Positions 61,798 through 64,000 of a stretch of 64,000 nt of DNA are shown piece by piece. This DNA comes from Coniocarpon cinnabarinum (lineage: Eukaryota), in contig JAVECO010000011.1 of NCBI GenBank assembly GCA_051942205.1, positions 1 through 64,000 on the forward strand, read 5' to 3'. A program made the position numbers and the translations under genes. The notes below the pieces were generated by a model. The model saw only the letters and a list, made by a program, of their open reading frames with translations, ran no database searches and was not told the DNA's origin. Each line of letters starts with the position of its first letter. The first letter of the stretch is position 1.

Positions 61798-64000
61798 ATG
61801 CTGCACAAGACCACCTCACACCAGCACTTGTCCCCGCGCCAGTCGAGCTCCGAGCGCCGGCCTAAAACCTCTGGAGACTCCAAGACTTCTTTCTGGAAGC
61901 GACATACTCATCTCGACGGAGTCAAGCGTGACTCGGGCCTCGCACCTTCCTTCGAAAGCACATGCAAAGATCTGACTGTCGATGGAGCTTCGGAAAGCAA
62001 GATGCAGTCACACACTTCCGGCGCAGACTTGATGGTACCGTCCATAGCTCTGAATGATACCGTTGGAGGTGCATCCGAGTCTCCGAATGTCCAACGCCCG
62101 CGCACCGCGCCGCAAAGCTCAGAGCTACTACAAGAGCTGCAACAACACGATGCGCTTGTAGATTCTGGGAGCTCTCCATCCGAAGACGACAACTTTGCGC
62201 CGCTCAGCACTGCGATTGAAACAGGTGGCTTCGACAACCCCTTTGGAGGAGACCACCTGTCCTTTTCCAATCGTGGCAGTGTTCTCCTCGACGGACAGAA
62301 GGCTTTCTTCGATGGAAGCAGGACAGGCAGTGTGATGACAAAGAAGAGTCCGCAGCTTGCATCGAAATCTCCACGACTGGGCGTGCCACAACGGTCACCT
62401 TCTAGTGCTGAAAAACGACTGTCGCAAAAAGTTCGGTCGATGTACGAGGGCGGCGCCATCCTTGAAGAAGCTGAAGAGAAGTCTTCTGTGGAAGCCGAGA
62501 CGAGGAGCGTTGATCGTGCGGACTTTCGACAACATGGGAAGGCTGAGTCTACAGATGACGCCAACGACACGGTTGCAGAACTACCAAGGATTACGTCTCC
62601 TAGCCATAGCGACTTGACGACACACTCTCGTAATTTGAACAGTCGACCGGGCAGTGTACGGGCTAGCTATATCAAAATGGAGCCTTGGGAAGCTGCTGGT
62701 GGCATCGAGGACTACCACGACGTCCGCGTGGGTGACGTAGATCGTTATGGGTTTATTCGTCCAGGCACTGGCAAGTCGCAAGCGTCCGATGTAGGGCTGA
62801 CACCTCCGGCAAATGGGACTGCGCTGAGTGGACGTACTTCAAGTGAGGTCGATAACCCATTCGTGGGCAGTGTGCGGAACGGCAAGTTGCACAAACCGCC
62901 GCCGACCTCATCTCGAACAAACCGGTCATCATTCACGAGCGCGCGTTCCACTCGACCACATTCGAGCGCAACGAGTCATGCTGCTTCAGCAGTCACCACC
63001 CGGAGTTATCGATCTTTGCACCTTTCCAGACCTGGATCATCGAGGCATCGGCGCTGGGCTAACGAGGCACCCGATATGCTGAACGTCCCTTCTGGAATGC
63101 CGAAAAGTCCCAGCGGCCACGGCACTCATACTGACGCCATCAAACACAAGACAGAGCAACGACGGATCGATAAATGGGAGAAGATGGCCCACCAACTCAA
63201 CAGTATCCCACGTCAGCCTCATGCCGCCGTCGGAGGTGGTCAAACCTACTCGTTTGATACAAAGTCGCCGAAACTCATAGAGCGTGTTTGGAAGGGCGTT
63301 CCCGACGTTTGGCGAGCACCCGCTTGGCATGCTTTTCTCATCGATTCAGCGAAAACGCATCACAAATCAGACTATGTCCATGACCATGAGCTTGTTCGAC
63401 GTTACTTTGCACATCAAGAGCAAGATTCGCTTGACGACATTCAAATTGACATGGATGTCCCGCGCACCGTGGGTCAGCACGTCATGTTTCGAGCGAGATA
63501 TCGTGGTGGACAGCGTCTACTCTTCCGCGTGCTACGTGCACTATCCCTTGAATACCCAGAGACGGGTTACGTGCAAGGCATGGCTCCACTAGCAGCTACA
63601 TTACTGTGCTATTTCGACGAAGAACAAGCTTTTGTCGCCGCATGTCGTCTCTGGAGAGATCGAGGCCTCGCAGAGCTCTTCGCGCAGGGCTTTGGAGGCC
63701 TGATGACAGCCCTCGAAGTCTTCGAGACGAAATGGCTCGCAGAGAATAAACCGGTCAAGAAACAGCTGGAGGAGCTGGGCATCCCGGCCACGAGCTACGG
63801 CACGAAATGGTATCTTACACTTTTCAACTACGCTTTGCCCTTCGAAGCACAATTGCGCGTGTGGGACGTCTTCATCTTACTGGGCGGGTCGGCATCTGAG
63901 AAACCGATAGCGTCAGCGAGTGAGGATGACGGTCGCTTTGATGTGCTGCACGCTGTTTCTGCGGCGATCATCGATGCGTTGCAGGATACGCTTATTGGGG
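61798..64000 (+). CDS. TBC-domain Rab GTPase-activating protein (runs past the window end)
   Basis: Frame appears open from ATG 61798 to the end (absent from the ORF track, consistent with no stop). Contains DVDRYGF, RVWKGVPDVWRAPAW, Arg finger IDMDVPRT, Gln finger GYVQGM and LRVWDVF. Confidence 0.92.
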   Translation, partial: MLHKTTSHQHLSPRQSSSERRPKTSGDSKTSFWKRHTHLDGVKRDSGLAPSFESTCKDLTVDGASESKMQSHTSGADLMVPSIALNDTVGGASESPNVQRPRTAPQSSELLQELQQHDALVDSGSSPSEDDNFAPLSTAIETGGFDNPFGGDHLSFSNRGSVLLDGQKAFFDGSRTGSVMTKKSPQLASKSPRLGVPQRSPSSAEKRLSQKVRSMYEGGAILEEAEEKSSVEAETRSVDRADFRQHGKAESTDDANDTVAELPRITSPSHSDLTTHSRNLNSRPGSVRASYIKMEPWEAAGGIEDYHDVRVGDVDRYGFIRPGTGKSQASDVGLTPPANGTALSGRTSSEVDNPFVGSVRNGKLHKPPPTSSRTNRSSFTSARSTRPHSSATSHAASAVTTRSYRSLHLSRPGSSRHRRWANEAPDMLNVPSGMPKSPSGHGTHTDAIKHKTEQRRIDKWEKMAHQLNSIPRQPHAAVGGGQTYSFDTKSPKLIERVWKGVPDVWRAPAWHAFLIDSAKTHHKSDYVHDHELVRRYFAHQEQDSLDDIQIDMDVPRTVGQHVMFRARYRGGQRLLFRVLRALSLEYPETGYVQGMAPLAATLLCYFDEEQAFVAACRLWRDRGLAELFAQGFGGLMTALEVFETKWLAENKPVKKQLEELGIPATSYGTKWYLTLFNYALPFEAQLRVWDVFILLGGSASEKPIASASEDDGRFDVLHAVSAAIIDALQDTLIG

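Overview
Gene-dense, intron-containing eukaryotic DNA typical of a filamentous ascomycete (Pezizomycotina): short GT-AG introns with CTRAC branch sites and Zn(II)2Cys6 regulators. I can support about 26 protein-coding genes by manual splicing. Core genes include a Cdc25/NimT phosphatase, DNA pol epsilon subunit B divergently paired with a NASP/Sim3 histone chaperone, 6-phosphogluconate dehydrogenase, adenylate cyclase, succinyl-CoA:3-oxoacid CoA-transferase, Ppm1 methyltransferase, Ras2, a PTS1-bearing acyl-CoA synthetase and a TBC Rab-GAP running off the right end. A less conserved block at about 35.5-44.1 kb holds an orphan ORF, a second Zn cluster factor, a secreted protein and a small ORF. 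I recognised no rRNA, tRNA, transposon or CRISPR. The most striking observation is an apparent single-nucleotide exon (33436, minus strand) inside a 15/1/26-nt microexon run that builds the DNA-binding domain of a Zn2Cys6 factor. Other leads: an MCB cluster in the dpb2/NASP bidirectional promoter, two predicted pseudoenzymes (PncC-like and patatin-like), uORFs ahead of adenylate cyclase, a HET-s-like amyloid motif on an orphan ORF, and a spliced NCE101-like gene whose conserved N-terminus the ORF track misses. Splice models and family assignments come from reading the sequence by eye; no searches were run.
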